DNA of 64,000 bases, taken from contig CAVULX010000003.1 in assembly GCA_963742415.1 (NCBI GenBank), forward strand, positions 448,001 to 512,000, read 5' to 3'. The notes under the pieces were generated by a model. That model was given only the letters and a program-made list of their open reading frames with translations. It made no database searches and was not told the DNA's origin. The translations under genes were made by a program, and so were the position numbers. Shown here in pieces: positions 36,308 to 47,101 of this stretch. Source of the stretch: an uncultured Parachlamydiaceae bacterium. Its GTDB lineage: Bacteria; Chlamydiota; Chlamydiia; Chlamydiales; Parachlamydiaceae. The stretch's first letter is position 1; the number at the start of each line of letters is the position of its first letter.

Positions 36308-37639
36308 TTAGTTACCGAAGTCGTCAAGTACAATGTTTTCACGTGGAACACCGTAATCATCCAAAAGATTTAAGACACTCTTGTTGTGCATAGGGGGGCC
36401 GCAAACATAGTATAAACATTCTTCCGGACTCTCCATATCTTTAAGCTGACCCTTTTCAAAAGAACGGAATAGGAAATTTGTTTTTAAAGGATCTTTTGCT
36501 GGCCAACCAGCCTCGATGTCCTCTGGCAAAGGCTCTGACAAAACTAACCGATAGGAGAGATTATTGAATTCTTTTTGTAGTTTTTCGTATTCTTCTTGAT
36601 AAATGTTTTCCCTTAGCGACCGGGCTCCGTACCAGAAGGTGACTTTGCGTTTTGTTTTTTCTGTCTTAAAGAGATGCATGACATGCGCACGGCCAAAAGA
36701 GGAACCCGCACCCCCGATGAGGAAGATCAATTCCCGATCGTCATTGATCATATAAGATTCCCCATAGGGGCCTGATAAACGGACTTTGTCTCCGGCTTTT
36801 AAGCCAAAGGTATAGGAGGAGCATATTCCCCATGGAATATTCTCGGCTAGTTTTCCTTCGAAGAAGGGGGGGGTGGCAATGCGGATATTAAACTTTAATG
36901 TTCTACCTTCGGCAGGATAGGAAGCCATTGAATAAGCACGCACAACTTCATCAGTTCCGGTAGGCAGACCGGAGAAATCGATCTCTCTCCCGAACATATG
37001 GTATTTCTCCCAATCGGGCCAGTATTTCTCTTTCATGGTCTGCTTCCAGTCACCCGTCTTTGTTTTAAATGGGGGGACATGGAATTGAAGGTAGCCTCCA
37101 GCCTTATATGGAACCTCTTCACCTTCAGGGATTTCCACAATAAGCTCTTTGATAAAGGTGGCCACATTTTCATTGCTGATGACAGTTGCAATCCATTCCT
37201 TTACATTATGCAACTCAATATGGAGCTTCATGTTGCCTTTAACTTTGGCTTGACATGACAAACGCCATCCCTCTTTCAATTGTTTTTTTGTAAAAGTTCC
37301 TTTATCTGTTTCTAGAGCGACGCCCGCGCCTTCTAAAATTTGCACGCGGCATTGTTTGCAGGTGGCTTTTCCGCCGCATGGACTGGGAACAGGGATGCCG
37401 TTGGCTGATAAAGCAACCAACAATGTTCCCCCTCCCTCAACTGTTTTTGTCAAGGAAGGGTCATCGTTGATTGTAATTTTGCATAGTTCATTACTGACAA
37501 ATTTCGCTTTTGTAAATAGAATGAGGCAGGCTAATCCAACTCCAATGAGAATAAAAGCAATGATGGCATAAAGGCTGAGAATAGGGTCTATCCCAAAAAA
37601 GCTTGCAATAACGGAAATGTTATTCAAATTATAATGCAT
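36308..37639 (-). CDS. nqrF: Na+-translocating NADH:quinone oxidoreductase subunit F
   Basis: CGGKATCKQC (2Fe-2S), RAYSMAS, IGGAG, YVCGPP, DDFG. Confidence 0.96.
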   Translation of the reverse strand: MHYNLNNISVIASFFGIDPILSLYAIIAFILIGVGLACLILFTKAKFVSNELCKITINDDPSLTKTVEGGGTLLVALSANGIPVPSPCGGKATCKQCRVQILEGAGVALETDKGTFTKKQLKEGWRLSCQAKVKGNMKLHIELHNVKEWIATVISNENVATFIKELIVEIPEGEEVPYKAGGYLQFHVPPFKTKTGDWKQTMKEKYWPDWEKYHMFGREIDFSGLPTGTDEVVRAYSMASYPAEGRTLKFNIRIATPPFFEGKLAENIPWGICSSYTFGLKAGDKVRLSGPYGESYMINDDRELIFLIGGAGSSFGRAHVMHLFKTEKTKRKVTFWYGARSLRENIYQEEYEKLQKEFNNLSYRLVLSEPLPEDIEAGWPAKDPLKTNFLFRSFEKGQLKDMESPEECLYYVCGPPMHNKSVLNLLDDYGVPRENIVLDDFGN

Positions 37640-37798
37640 TTCAATAACACCAAAGAACTAAAAAATAACAGGATATGGAGGCTTCTCCTCTTTATAGATG
37701 TTAAATAATTTCAAAACAATGGAAAACAACAGAAGCAATATTCGGTATAGACCAAAATATTGTGCGATAGCTAAAATTCTATAATAGTAAAGAACCTA

Positions 37799-39055
37799 AT
37801 GGGAACAATGATGATAATATTTCGCTGTAGATCTTTTTATTTTGTTTTTATGTTCTGCTTAATTTTTATATACACATTAGCGCTTGACGCAGAAACCTAT
37901 GATCCGTTGACCGTGTATTTGACATGGAAGCATGATCCCGATAAAACAGTGGTGGTGCATTGGATTACCCCAGTCAATCGGAAAGACGATGTAGTTGAAT
38001 ATCAAAGAGATGGAGAGAAGGAGTGGAAATCTGTAAAAGGCTTTAATGTTCCGATGCCTGAGAAGTATCCCTATTTGATCCATTCAGTTGAAATCAAAGA
38101 CCTCTTACCCAATACCTCCTATCGCTTTCGGACAGGCTCCGACGCTGCCATTTATAAGTTTCGAACCATGCCTTCAAAACAAATCGTCCCCATCCGCTTT
38201 ATTGTCGGCGGAGATATTTATCACGATGGGTTGGATATTTTGGAAAAAATGAACCGGCAAGCGGCCCGCCTGGATCCAATGTTTGCTATTTGTGGAGGGG
38301 ATTTAGCGTACAATGATGAAAAGCCAGGAGCCTTTCCGAAATTAATGCCGCGGTGGATGGATTGGCTGATCGCCTGGAAGAAGCAAATGGTCACATCAAC
38401 GGGTCATCTTATACCGATTGTTCCTGTCATTGGAAATCATGAAGTTAAAGTCAAATATGGGGGAACTCCCGCAGATGCGCTATTCTACTATTCCCTTTTT
38501 GACCTTTCGGGCGATCAAGGATATTACGCTTTAGATTTTGGTGATTACATGAGCCTGATTCTGCTGGATTCTGGCCATACACATCCTGTTCAAGGTTTAC
38601 AGACACAATGGCTGTATCAGACATTGCAAGGGCGTAAACAAATTTCTAATAAATTTGTCGCCTACCATGTTGCTGCTTTTCCGTCTGTCAGAAAATATAA
38701 TAATGACATCAATGGAAAAATACGGAAGTATTGGGTTCCACTCTTCGAACAGTTTGGCATTAGGTATGTTTTTGAGCATCATGACCATGCATACAAAAGG
38801 ACATGGCCAATACGTGCTGAAAAAGTGGACCTGCAGAATGGGGTTGTCTATCTTGGAGATGGGGGGTGGGCCGTCGAGCAACCGAGGAAACCGAAAGATC
38901 CCGCTAAAACATGGTATTTGGCCAAAACGGCTTCTTCGAGAAATGTCATTTTCGTCAATATGCATGACCATTTAATTCAATTCATGGCGATTAACGATGA
39001 GGGGCAAATTATCGATGAATTGGTTGGCCGAGAGCAAACTCAAGCTAGGAACTAA
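37799..39055 (+). CDS. Secreted purple-acid-phosphatase-like metallophosphoesterase with Fn3 domain
   Basis: Signal peptide; GGD, GGDLAY, GNHE, EHHDHAYKRT. Confidence 0.88.
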   Translation: MGTMMIIFRCRSFYFVFMFCLIFIYTLALDAETYDPLTVYLTWKHDPDKTVVVHWITPVNRKDDVVEYQRDGEKEWKSVKGFNVPMPEKYPYLIHSVEIKDLLPNTSYRFRTGSDAAIYKFRTMPSKQIVPIRFIVGGDIYHDGLDILEKMNRQAARLDPMFAICGGDLAYNDEKPGAFPKLMPRWMDWLIAWKKQMVTSTGHLIPIVPVIGNHEVKVKYGGTPADALFYYSLFDLSGDQGYYALDFGDYMSLILLDSGHTHPVQGLQTQWLYQTLQGRKQISNKFVAYHVAAFPSVRKYNNDINGKIRKYWVPLFEQFGIRYVFEHHDHAYKRTWPIRAEKVDLQNGVVYLGDGGWAVEQPRKPKDPAKTWYLAKTASSRNVIFVNMHDHLIQFMAINDEGQIIDELVGREQTQARN

Positions 39056-39163
39056 AATTCTCTTCCATTTTAAATTTTTTTGTATCACCCTTGGTTTTTA
39101 AGAACCACGTTGATTTTTTTCTTGTGTTAAGAGTCCACAACTCAGGCGGGGAGGTGTGGGATT

Positions 39164-40753
39164 ATGAGAAGCAAGAGTTTAGTCTTTTGGATAGCAGGCA
39201 TCTTTCTTATCCCTTTCTTTTTATTGCCTCTACATGCTGAAGAAACGGGCATGCTCATCGTGACCTATCAAACAGGTCCGAAAGCAGAAAGGTTGGATCG
39301 GATCAGATTCCTGCTGAAAGATCAGAATAATCATGTTGAGATGTATCCTAAAGGGGATGCCTACGTTGACGATGTATCTTGCATGAGCCGGATGGTTGTG
39401 ATTGAAAGCTTGCCACCGGCCATTTACACTTTGCAGTTTATTATTCCAAATACAGATAAATTGTTTGATGAGATCCCTATAAGGAAAGTGCAAATCACTG
39501 AAGGGCGGGTGGCTAAAGTCGATCAAGTCATGAAACCCCGCTATGCTTCCATCAAAGCTTCAGCGATCTTGATGCCCGAATCCCCACACACAATTCCAAC
39601 ATTGACATTACGAGATTTCCATGGCCATATACGTGCACAGTCGACCGTAGGGAAATTTTCTGTTAGACATCTCCTTCCAGGGCATTATCAATTGATTTTT
39701 GAAGCCGTTGATGGGTATGGAACCCCCGCTGCGATGTCCATGCAATTGGGCCCAAATGAAATTTTAGGACCTATTGAAGTCGTTTACAATAAATCTCCAA
39801 AAGGTTCTGAAGAATTAAAAACAATTAAAAGCCCAGATCAAGAAAGCTTTAAAGACCTTTACCAAAAAACCGTTCTCGTACCAGACGGTAAAGTGATTAT
39901 CGGTGAATCATTTCGAGGAAATGAGGAGAATGAGCTCCCCCCCAAAGTGGCGAAAGTTTCTGCCTTCTACATAGGTGTTTATGAAGTCACAAATTCTCAA
40001 TATGCCCAGTGGCTTAATAGAGCTTTAAACGAAAATAACATTGTTTATCATTCGGAAGGGCAATCTAAAGGGTATGTGACAAATCCTCAAGGTTGGCTTT
40101 TGTTTAAAACTCAAGAAGCAGATCCATTGAGCCAAATATTAACCCATCAAGACGGAAAAAAAATCATTTTTTTACCCATGTTAGGGAAGCATAATTTTCC
40201 GGTGATTGATGTGACTTGGCACGGAGCGCAGGCCTATTGCCAAGACAACCAGTTCCGTTTGCCCACAGAAGCCGAATGGGAAAAAGCGGCCGGAATGGCC
40301 ATTGTACACCCTGGTGAACCTTTAAAGAAATACCGGTACGGATTTCAAAGAGATGCTATTGACAAAAGTTGGGCAAATTATAAAGAGGAATATCAAAATG
40401 ACAAAGCCGTTGAAGTGATGACAACACGAGTGGGCTTTTATAATGGGATAAATAAAGCGCCGATAGCCTCAGAGGACGAGGAAGAGGTGTCCACACAATT
40501 GGCTATAAGTCCTGTAGGTGCTTACGACATGAGTGGAAATGTGTGGGAATGGGTTTCCGATTGGTATGACGATACTTATTATGCCAATATGCCGGAAGAT
40601 AATCCGACAGGGCCAAAACAGGGAAAGAAGAAAGTGGCAAAAGGGGGGTGTTACGACAGTTTAGCAAATGGCGTTAGAGTTGCTGAACGGATGGGCCTCC
40701 CTCCCGACCATGCCGATACATATACCGGTTTCCGTGTAGCTGCTAGCAAATAA
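39164..40753 (+). CDS. Secreted SUMF1/FGE-sulfatase domain protein
   Basis: Signal peptide; YEVTN, RLPTEAEWEKAA, YDMSGNVWEW, GFRVA. Confidence 0.9.
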   Translation: MRSKSLVFWIAGIFLIPFFLLPLHAEETGMLIVTYQTGPKAERLDRIRFLLKDQNNHVEMYPKGDAYVDDVSCMSRMVVIESLPPAIYTLQFIIPNTDKLFDEIPIRKVQITEGRVAKVDQVMKPRYASIKASAILMPESPHTIPTLTLRDFHGHIRAQSTVGKFSVRHLLPGHYQLIFEAVDGYGTPAAMSMQLGPNEILGPIEVVYNKSPKGSEELKTIKSPDQESFKDLYQKTVLVPDGKVIIGESFRGNEENELPPKVAKVSAFYIGVYEVTNSQYAQWLNRALNENNIVYHSEGQSKGYVTNPQGWLLFKTQEADPLSQILTHQDGKKIIFLPMLGKHNFPVIDVTWHGAQAYCQDNQFRLPTEAEWEKAAGMAIVHPGEPLKKYRYGFQRDAIDKSWANYKEEYQNDKAVEVMTTRVGFYNGINKAPIASEDEEEVSTQLAISPVGAYDMSGNVWEWVSDWYDDTYYANMPEDNPTGPKQGKKKVAKGGCYDSLANGVRVAERMGLPPDHADTYTGFRVAASK

Positions 40754-40794
40754 GATTCAACGCAAAGTGTAAGGCGTCCATACAGAAGCGCAAA

Positions 40795-41010
40795 GGGTGT
40801 CAGGATTAAACGCAAAGGCGCAAAGAAAAAAAGAAGGTAAAGAAATGTTATGGCCAAATAGACGCCTATATTAATAAAAAATAAAATAAGAAATGGATCG
40901 TCAAAAAAATTGTAGAAATTTACACAGTTTTTACATCCCTACAGATCCACCATCTCAAACCCTTCTTTTTTTCTTTGTGCCTTTGCGTCTTTGCGTTTAA
41001 TCTGACTCCC
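40795..41010. repeat. MITE-like element with ~45-bp imperfect inverted arms of ACGCAAAG units
   Basis: GGGTGTCAGGATTAAACGCAAAGGCGCAAAGAAAAAAAGAAGG...CCTTCTTTTTTTCTTTGTGCCTTTGCGTCTTTGCGTTTAATCTGACTCCC; right arm contains the PfkB gene stop codon. Confidence 0.75.
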
Positions 41011-42073
41011 TGTTCGCTTCTCGGTGGTTTTTTATGCAAAATTCTTGCTTGATAATCTTTTGCCACCTTTCAGGGGGGATCTCAGCTCCATAAAATTCGC
41101 AGACAGCCCCTCCGGTACGATTGCCTAGGGTAGCGCAATCTTCAAAAGAATATCCCTTTAAGTATCCATGAAGAAAGCCGCTAATAAAAACATCTCCTGC
41201 CCCTGTGGTATCGACGACATTAACAGGGTAGGCAGGACTATGAATCAAATTATTTTCAATACCGACTAAACAACCATCTTTGCCAATCATCACGACAGAT
41301 ATAGGGCACATTTCCATTAAAGCTCGACACCCTTTCCATGGATCCAATCCAAGGAGAGCAAAGACCTCATCGCTATTGGCGAAAACGATATCTACATAAT
41401 TCTTGATCAAATCGATAATTTTTTCCCGTTTCATTTTTACAAGTTCAAAGCTGCTTAGGTCAAAGGAAACCTTTGCGCCTGCTTCTTTGGCAAGCCGCAT
41501 TGCGGTGGAAACAAACTCAGGATCTTCCGAATAAAGCATGTAGCCTTCAATGTGAACCATTTTAACACCTTGAAATAGTTCAGAAGCTAAATCTGCTTTC
41601 GATACAGTGTTGGCGGCTCCGGGAAAGCATCGCATGGTGCGCTCCCCGTCTGGCGTCACCAAGCAAAGAACAAGTTGGGTGGGTTGATTCGAACAGAGGC
41701 AAAATGACGTAATTCCTAAGGATTTTACAATGCTTTGATATTGTTTACCAATGGGATCGCGCCCTATTTTCCCAAAAAAAGCACAGGAGTGGCCAAAGCA
41801 CTTCAAACCTTTAATCGTGTTGGAAGCGCTTCCTCCAGTCGCAATTTTTGAACCTTTATTAATCGCTTGATTGAAGATAAGATCAAATTGATCTTTATCG
41901 ATTTGTTGCGATCCCCCTTTATTACCGATGAATTCAACAAAGTTGTGGTCCACATTAACGAGAACATCCATGCAGGGGCCGCCAATGCCCAAGATTTCGT
42001 AGGGCTGTGCTCCACACATAAATGAAAAAAGGACAAAAACATAAAAAAAAATGACACGATAAAGATGTTCCAT
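40997..42073 (-). CDS. PfkB-family (adenosine/nucleoside) kinase
   Basis: GGSASNT, GKIGRD, DGERTM, VDTTGAGDVF. Confidence 0.9.
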   Translation of the reverse strand: MEHLYRVIFFYVFVLFSFMCGAQPYEILGIGGPCMDVLVNVDHNFVEFIGNKGGSQQIDKDQFDLIFNQAINKGSKIATGGSASNTIKGLKCFGHSCAFFGKIGRDPIGKQYQSIVKSLGITSFCLCSNQPTQLVLCLVTPDGERTMRCFPGAANTVSKADLASELFQGVKMVHIEGYMLYSEDPEFVSTAMRLAKEAGAKVSFDLSSFELVKMKREKIIDLIKNYVDIVFANSDEVFALLGLDPWKGCRALMEMCPISVVMIGKDGCLVGIENNLIHSPAYPVNVVDTTGAGDVFISGFLHGYLKGYSFEDCATLGNRTGGAVCEFYGAEIPPERWQKIIKQEFCIKNHREANRESD

Positions 42074-42152
42074 ATATTGAATGCCTTTGTTTGAAAGAAA
42101 ACATTTTTACAGATCGTGCGATTTTTTTTCCACATTTGTTTGAAAGGCCGTC

Positions 42153-42392
42153 CTAAAGCTTTTTGAGAAGCCTTTTATTAAAAGAGCGGCATTGAGGGCA
42201 TTGGGTGATCTCTTTTTCTAAATCTATGAGGTAAACAAAATGGCAATACTCACAAACCTGAAGTTCTTGAGCTGCCAAAATGATTTTCTTTTTTCGCGTC
42301 GAGTAGTGATGGAAAATCCACATTCCTAATACAGCGCTTAAAGTCACCACAAGGTAAAGCATCACAGCAGTATTTGTGGATAATTCGATCAT
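42153..42392 (-). CDS. Small membrane protein with Zn ribbon
   Basis: TM helix followed by CEYC...CPQC. Confidence 0.75.
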   Translation of the reverse strand: MIELSTNTAVMLYLVVTLSAVLGMWIFHHYSTRKKKIILAAQELQVCEYCHFVYLIDLEKEITQCPQCRSFNKRLLKKL

Positions 42393-43144
42393 TTTAACCG
42401 CTCTGGATAAAAATGGATTTCCAAGTCGCCTGCCGAAACAAAAGAATCGGCATAGGGAGTAAAGTGGATAGATTTTAACACTTGTTCAGCCAATAGTTCC
42501 ATTTCTTGGCTTTTTTCCTGGTGTTTAGATTCATACCAAAAGATCGATCCTGTTTGATCGTCGACTTTAACAGCAAAAGAAGCTCTGAAAGATAGAGGAT
42601 GACCCACTTTTTTTAAATCGTTTAAAGCATTATCGATTAAAGAGTTTTCTAGGGATATTCGGTGAGCCAAGAGTCCAAATGCATAAACTTGAATGGGCTC
42701 TTTTACAGAGTTTGGGGAGGAAAAAGTGAGAAAGTCGATGGGGTAGAGGTCGGCGCTCTTGATTTCTTCAAAGGGCTTTCTGAACACAGCTTTCTCAGTA
42801 AGTACCGGCGCGGGTAAGGGGGAATGAATGATAACACTTGGTATTGCGGGAGAAGAACTGCGGGGCTCTTTAACAAACTTGTAATGGGTTTCATCTTGAG
42901 CAATTTGAGCCGTGACAATCGGATCCGAATTAATAAAAATATCTGTCTCAACGTTGACTGGAGGGATATGCACATGACTGCCCAGCACTTTGAATGCGCT
43001 AACATGAAAAAGGAAAAAAGCCAAGAGGTGCAATCCAATGGCAAGCGCCAACGCTTGGATCAATGTCCGGTTGAAAAACCTTGCTTGTTTCCGAAATGTG
43101 ATCGAGAGCTCTAACGATTTTGAAACTTTTTCTAGTTTTAGCAT
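42389..43144 (-). CDS. Membrane-anchored Pro-rich protein, TonB/TolA-like
   Basis: Anchor ALAIGLHLL (His-containing), Pro-rich linker, follows exbBD. Confidence 0.6.
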   Translation of the reverse strand: MLKLEKVSKSLELSITFRKQARFFNRTLIQALALAIGLHLLAFFLFHVSAFKVLGSHVHIPPVNVETDIFINSDPIVTAQIAQDETHYKFVKEPRSSSPAIPSVIIHSPLPAPVLTEKAVFRKPFEEIKSADLYPIDFLTFSSPNSVKEPIQVYAFGLLAHRISLENSLIDNALNDLKKVGHPLSFRASFAVKVDDQTGSIFWYESKHQEKSQEMELLAEQVLKSIHFTPYADSFVSAGDLEIHFYPERLK

Positions 43145-43156
43145 AAAAAAAACCTG

Positions 43157-43603
43157 CTAAAAATATTCACTTTCAAGGTTTTCATCAGGACGAAAGACCA
43201 AACGGATACGGTGGCCAGTTTCTTGAGCAATGGAAAATAACCGAAGGAATGAACCATATTCAACTCTTCGATCCACGCTAAGGACAATTGAAGGAATTCC
43301 TCCTGGATGCTGCTTCTTCAATAAGGCTATTTCTTCATTTAAATTTTTACTTAACGAACCCAAGTCGACGATCGCCTTTTTGGAACCGACATAGATCACA
43401 TTTTGAGCATCCATGACAACGAGGATTTGTGTTGTCAAAGGAGCTGAATCTTTGTGGAGTTTAGGGTTTTCAATATGAAGGGATTTCAAAGGCAAAATAT
43501 CGGAAGTGATAATGAAAAAAATCAACATTAAAAAAACAACATCCACAAGGGGAGTAAGATCTATCAAATTAAAAGAGGTTTTAAGATTCGTTTTGAATTG
43601 CAT
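43157..43603 (-). CDS. exbD: ExbD/TolR biopolymer transport protein
   Basis: IDLTPLVDVVFLMLIFFII; DRRVEYG. Confidence 0.92.
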   Translation of the reverse strand: MQFKTNLKTSFNLIDLTPLVDVVFLMLIFFIITSDILPLKSLHIENPKLHKDSAPLTTQILVVMDAQNVIYVGSKKAIVDLGSLSKNLNEEIALLKKQHPGGIPSIVLSVDRRVEYGSFLRLFSIAQETGHRIRLVFRPDENLESEYF

Positions 43604-43606
43604 CTT

Positions 43607-44269
43607 TTAATAAAAATCCTCTTGTTCCTTGTGGATCAGGAGATCGATGATCTCAGAAGAGGTGGTTTGTATTTCTAAGACAAATCCCTCTATACGGCTC
43701 ACAATGTAATTATAAGCAAGGACAGAGGGGATCGCCACAACTAACCCTGCAGCCGTTGTCACCAATGCATATTCCATCGCTTCTCCAATCCGCGTTGCCG
43801 AGATATCGACAAGCCCGCTTGTCCTCATTTCAGCAAAGGCTTGAATAAATCCGAGGACTGTCCCTAGCAATCCAATTAAAGGTGCTATGTGAGCAATAAT
43901 AGATAAAATTTTGGCATTTTTTTCCAACTGCGCGATCTCAATCAACCCTGAGATTTCCATGGCATTTTCAATTTGTTCTTTTTTTCGATTGTGTTTGAGA
44001 AGCCCTGTTTTGAGGATATTTGCAATCGTCCCGCCGGTTGTTTCACAAATTTGAATCGCTTCGACGAGGTTTCCCTCTTTGATCGATTTTCGTAAACTGA
44101 GAATAAGTTTGTTCGTATCGATTTCGGATTTGCGCAAATGCATGAAACGTTCGATAAAAATAGCAAAACTAAAGATGGAACAGACAATTAGAACAATTAA
44201 AATGATATTCCAATTGGTATTATATTGAAATAAGTTGACTAAAGATCCTAAAAATTGATTAATTTCCAT
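43607..44269 (-). CDS. exbB: MotA/TolQ/ExbB proton channel
   Basis: APLIGLLGTVLG; ALVTTAAGLVVAIP. Confidence 0.92.
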   Translation of the reverse strand: MEINQFLGSLVNLFQYNTNWNIILIVLIVCSIFSFAIFIERFMHLRKSEIDTNKLILSLRKSIKEGNLVEAIQICETTGGTIANILKTGLLKHNRKKEQIENAMEISGLIEIAQLEKNAKILSIIAHIAPLIGLLGTVLGFIQAFAEMRTSGLVDISATRIGEAMEYALVTTAAGLVVAIPSVLAYNYIVSRIEGFVLEIQTTSSEIIDLLIHKEQEDFY

Positions 44270-47063
44270 TGGATTTACTTGTTTGTAATTTTTGTTTTGC
44301 CTTCATGGCCCATTCTCCCCCTTTTTTAGAGGTCGCCTCCAATTGCTTTCGAGCCAACTCTTGCCTCCCTTGCATTTCGTAAATTTCGGCACGCAAGTAC
44401 ATGGCTTTAACGCGGAGGCTCGAAATTGCATCATCGTTAATAACTTTTGATAAAATCAGCATCGCTTTGTCCATCTCCTTCAAAGCTTTATAACATAAAC
44501 TTTGTTGAATCAAAAGATCGATTTTTTGATCTGTATTTAAAATTTTTCCTTTTCCGGCATCTTCCGAATGGACAAAATATTGCAGAGCCTCTGAATATTG
44601 ATCATGCCGCATCGCCATTATCCCTACTTCATATAGGACCCTGGATAAAAAATACCCTCGCGTAATTTTTGCTGTCTTGTACCTTTCTAGCATCTCTGTG
44701 AAAATCTTTGCTGCTTTGTCATCTTCTTCCGATTTGATGCAAGCCTGCGCTAACCAAAAGGTCCCTTCTTCTAAAAATTGAGGGTACGCCTCAAGAAAAC
44801 GGAGATGTTTTAGATACGCGTGGTCGGGAGTATTGAAATCTTTGACAATTTGATTTAAAACTTCTGCAGCATATTCCAAAAAAATTTTTCTTTTCGCACC
44901 TTGCGATTCATCAGCGATGGCCATATTGGACAAAGCCCGTTCCAAAGTGGCGTGGTAACGAACTTTAATAAAGTAATTTAAATCCTCTAAGGGAATTTCG
45001 TTCTTTTCATACAATGTATCAAAAGCCGCTTCAGCATTATGCAAAGCTTCGATAGCATCATTCATATTTTTTTTACGGATCCACCTACCTTCTAGAGACT
45101 TACGATCCCTTTTAAAATCCATTCCCATAAGATAGTAAGCATTGACAATATAAGGAGATTGGGAAAATTTTTCCGCCATCCCTTGCAAATGTTTGATAGC
45201 TGCACGATCCCCTTGCAAGTATTCTTTGTAGGGGTAATAAAAAAAATAAGCTTCAGCCGCATATTTTGATTGGGGGTATTGATCGAAGATTTGTTGCCTA
45301 AGCTGCTTGCTTTTTTGACTGCCCAGTTCGTGAGCATCACAACTTTTAGCTGCCCAAAATAAGGCTTCTGCTGTCGTTTCTGGACTAAATTGTTTGTTGG
45401 CTAATTCGCTGAAAATCATCTCGGCTTGTGGATAGTGTTTATTTTGATAAGCGGCAAGTCCCAAAAGGTGGAGCATTTTATCTGCGGCTTGATGTTGCGG
45501 ATATTCTTTTAACCCCTTTGATAGAATTTCTTCAGCAAGATGTATATAATTTTCTTTCTCTCCAAATTGAGCTAATTGAAACGCAATAAGACCATGTAAA
45601 TAATAAAACTGTCCAGGTTCTGAAGCATCCTTAATGATCCCCGCGTTATCTTGAGAAATCCGATTAAAGACACGAAGGGCATATTGTAGAGTTTCCTCTT
45701 CCGGTTTTTGCAAACAAGCTTCAGCCAAATGGAGAACTGATAACTCAGCCAGTTTTTTATCTTTCTTTTTTAACTGCTCAAACGCTTTTTCAAACGATAA
45801 AGCGGCTTTGAAAAAACCCTTTTTGACCTCCCCTTCCTTTTGAGCTTTGAAAACATTCAACGCAATTTGATATTCGTTTAATCCCCGGTAATACCAACCG
45901 ATGGAATAAAACGGGGTCGATTTGTATTCATCCTGCGTCAATTGCCTATATATATCCTCACGGTCTTGGAGATTGGAAGCTAACTCGGCCCTCAAAAATA
46001 AAGCTTGTGCTTGCGCATCCAAACTGGAAAATAAAATTTGATTTTCTAATATTTGCACCGCTTTCCTTGCGGCTTCGCTGCTACCGGTTTTTTTCGCTTT
46101 AGTTAAATACAATTGCCCTAGAGCCAAATGGAGGTTCTCGTCGGAATGTTCGTTAACTAACTGAAGGAAAGAAGCTTCGGCACGGTCCATGCAATGGTTT
46201 TCTTCAATTGGACTCCCCCCTTTCTCAGCTTGATGTAAATAACACCATCCCGTTTGATATAGGGCCTCCGTTTGCCACGGTTTTTCCCCTTTGCCCTGTT
46301 TCAAAGACCGTTCAAACATGAGAGCTGCGCGTGGATAATCTTGCAACGAATAGAGAAGATTTCCATAACTGTATAAAATTTGATCATACAAAGGAAATTC
46401 AACTGTTGAATCCTTTTCAAGGGCTGCTAAAATTTTTTCAGCTTCTTTCAAGTTCCCTTGTGCTTGAGCGATTGAAACCAAAAGCAAGCGGGAATGGACA
46501 TAGAGTTCTCGATTCTCTGTTTGCTGGAGATTTTCGAAATGTTTTTTTGCCGAATCTAATTGTCCAAGAGAGTGGTAAGCTGAACCCAATTCAAAAAGGG
46601 CTAAATCATAGAAAGGCAACTCTTTTTTTTCTCCTAACTTTAGATAGGCATTGAAAACTTGAACCGCTTTATCGTATTGTTTTAAGTTTTTGTAAGCCAA
46701 TCCTAGCAGATGGAGACCCATTTGATGCAGATTTTTATCGAATTCATTCTCATTTAAATTTGAAATTTGTGAACTTTCTCCTACGCCCTGGAGTAATGAG
46801 ATGATTGTATAATAATCTTTTTTGCCATAACAAGTTTGAGCCAATTTTAAACGTATATATTGTTCGTCTGCAAACGTAAGATTTAATTCCCCTTTTTCTG
46901 AAGCATCTAATAAATCTTGATATAAAATAGCTGCCTCATCAAAAAGAGTCGCTTGCAGCAATTCGTCTGCTCTTTCCCATTTTTCATGCAGGTTTTCATC
47001 CCCAAAGACACACCCGAAAGCAAAAAAACAAATAAAATGTAAAACCCTAAAAAAATAAATCAT
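44259..47063 (-). CDS. Large exported TPR-repeat protein
   Basis: Signal peptide; many TPR-like helical repeats. Confidence 0.85.
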   Translation of the reverse strand: MIYFFRVLHFICFFAFGCVFGDENLHEKWERADELLQATLFDEAAILYQDLLDASEKGELNLTFADEQYIRLKLAQTCYGKKDYYTIISLLQGVGESSQISNLNENEFDKNLHQMGLHLLGLAYKNLKQYDKAVQVFNAYLKLGEKKELPFYDLALFELGSAYHSLGQLDSAKKHFENLQQTENRELYVHSRLLLVSIAQAQGNLKEAEKILAALEKDSTVEFPLYDQILYSYGNLLYSLQDYPRAALMFERSLKQGKGEKPWQTEALYQTGWCYLHQAEKGGSPIEENHCMDRAEASFLQLVNEHSDENLHLALGQLYLTKAKKTGSSEAARKAVQILENQILFSSLDAQAQALFLRAELASNLQDREDIYRQLTQDEYKSTPFYSIGWYYRGLNEYQIALNVFKAQKEGEVKKGFFKAALSFEKAFEQLKKKDKKLAELSVLHLAEACLQKPEEETLQYALRVFNRISQDNAGIIKDASEPGQFYYLHGLIAFQLAQFGEKENYIHLAEEILSKGLKEYPQHQAADKMLHLLGLAAYQNKHYPQAEMIFSELANKQFSPETTAEALFWAAKSCDAHELGSQKSKQLRQQIFDQYPQSKYAAEAYFFYYPYKEYLQGDRAAIKHLQGMAEKFSQSPYIVNAYYLMGMDFKRDRKSLEGRWIRKKNMNDAIEALHNAEAAFDTLYEKNEIPLEDLNYFIKVRYHATLERALSNMAIADESQGAKRKIFLEYAAEVLNQIVKDFNTPDHAYLKHLRFLEAYPQFLEEGTFWLAQACIKSEEDDKAAKIFTEMLERYKTAKITRGYFLSRVLYEVGIMAMRHDQYSEALQYFVHSEDAGKGKILNTDQKIDLLIQQSLCYKALKEMDKAMLILSKVINDDAISSLRVKAMYLRAEIYEMQGRQELARKQLEATSKKGGEWAMKAKQKLQTSKSNGN

Positions 47064-47101
47064 TCTAAATCCATTTAAATAACGGCAACGTGATGCAAAC
47101 C

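Noticed and set aside
40845-40960. GxxExxY gene remnant between the ACGCAAAG arms
   Set aside because: Only a vague IVKKIVEI..IHH resemblance; too short and divergent to support
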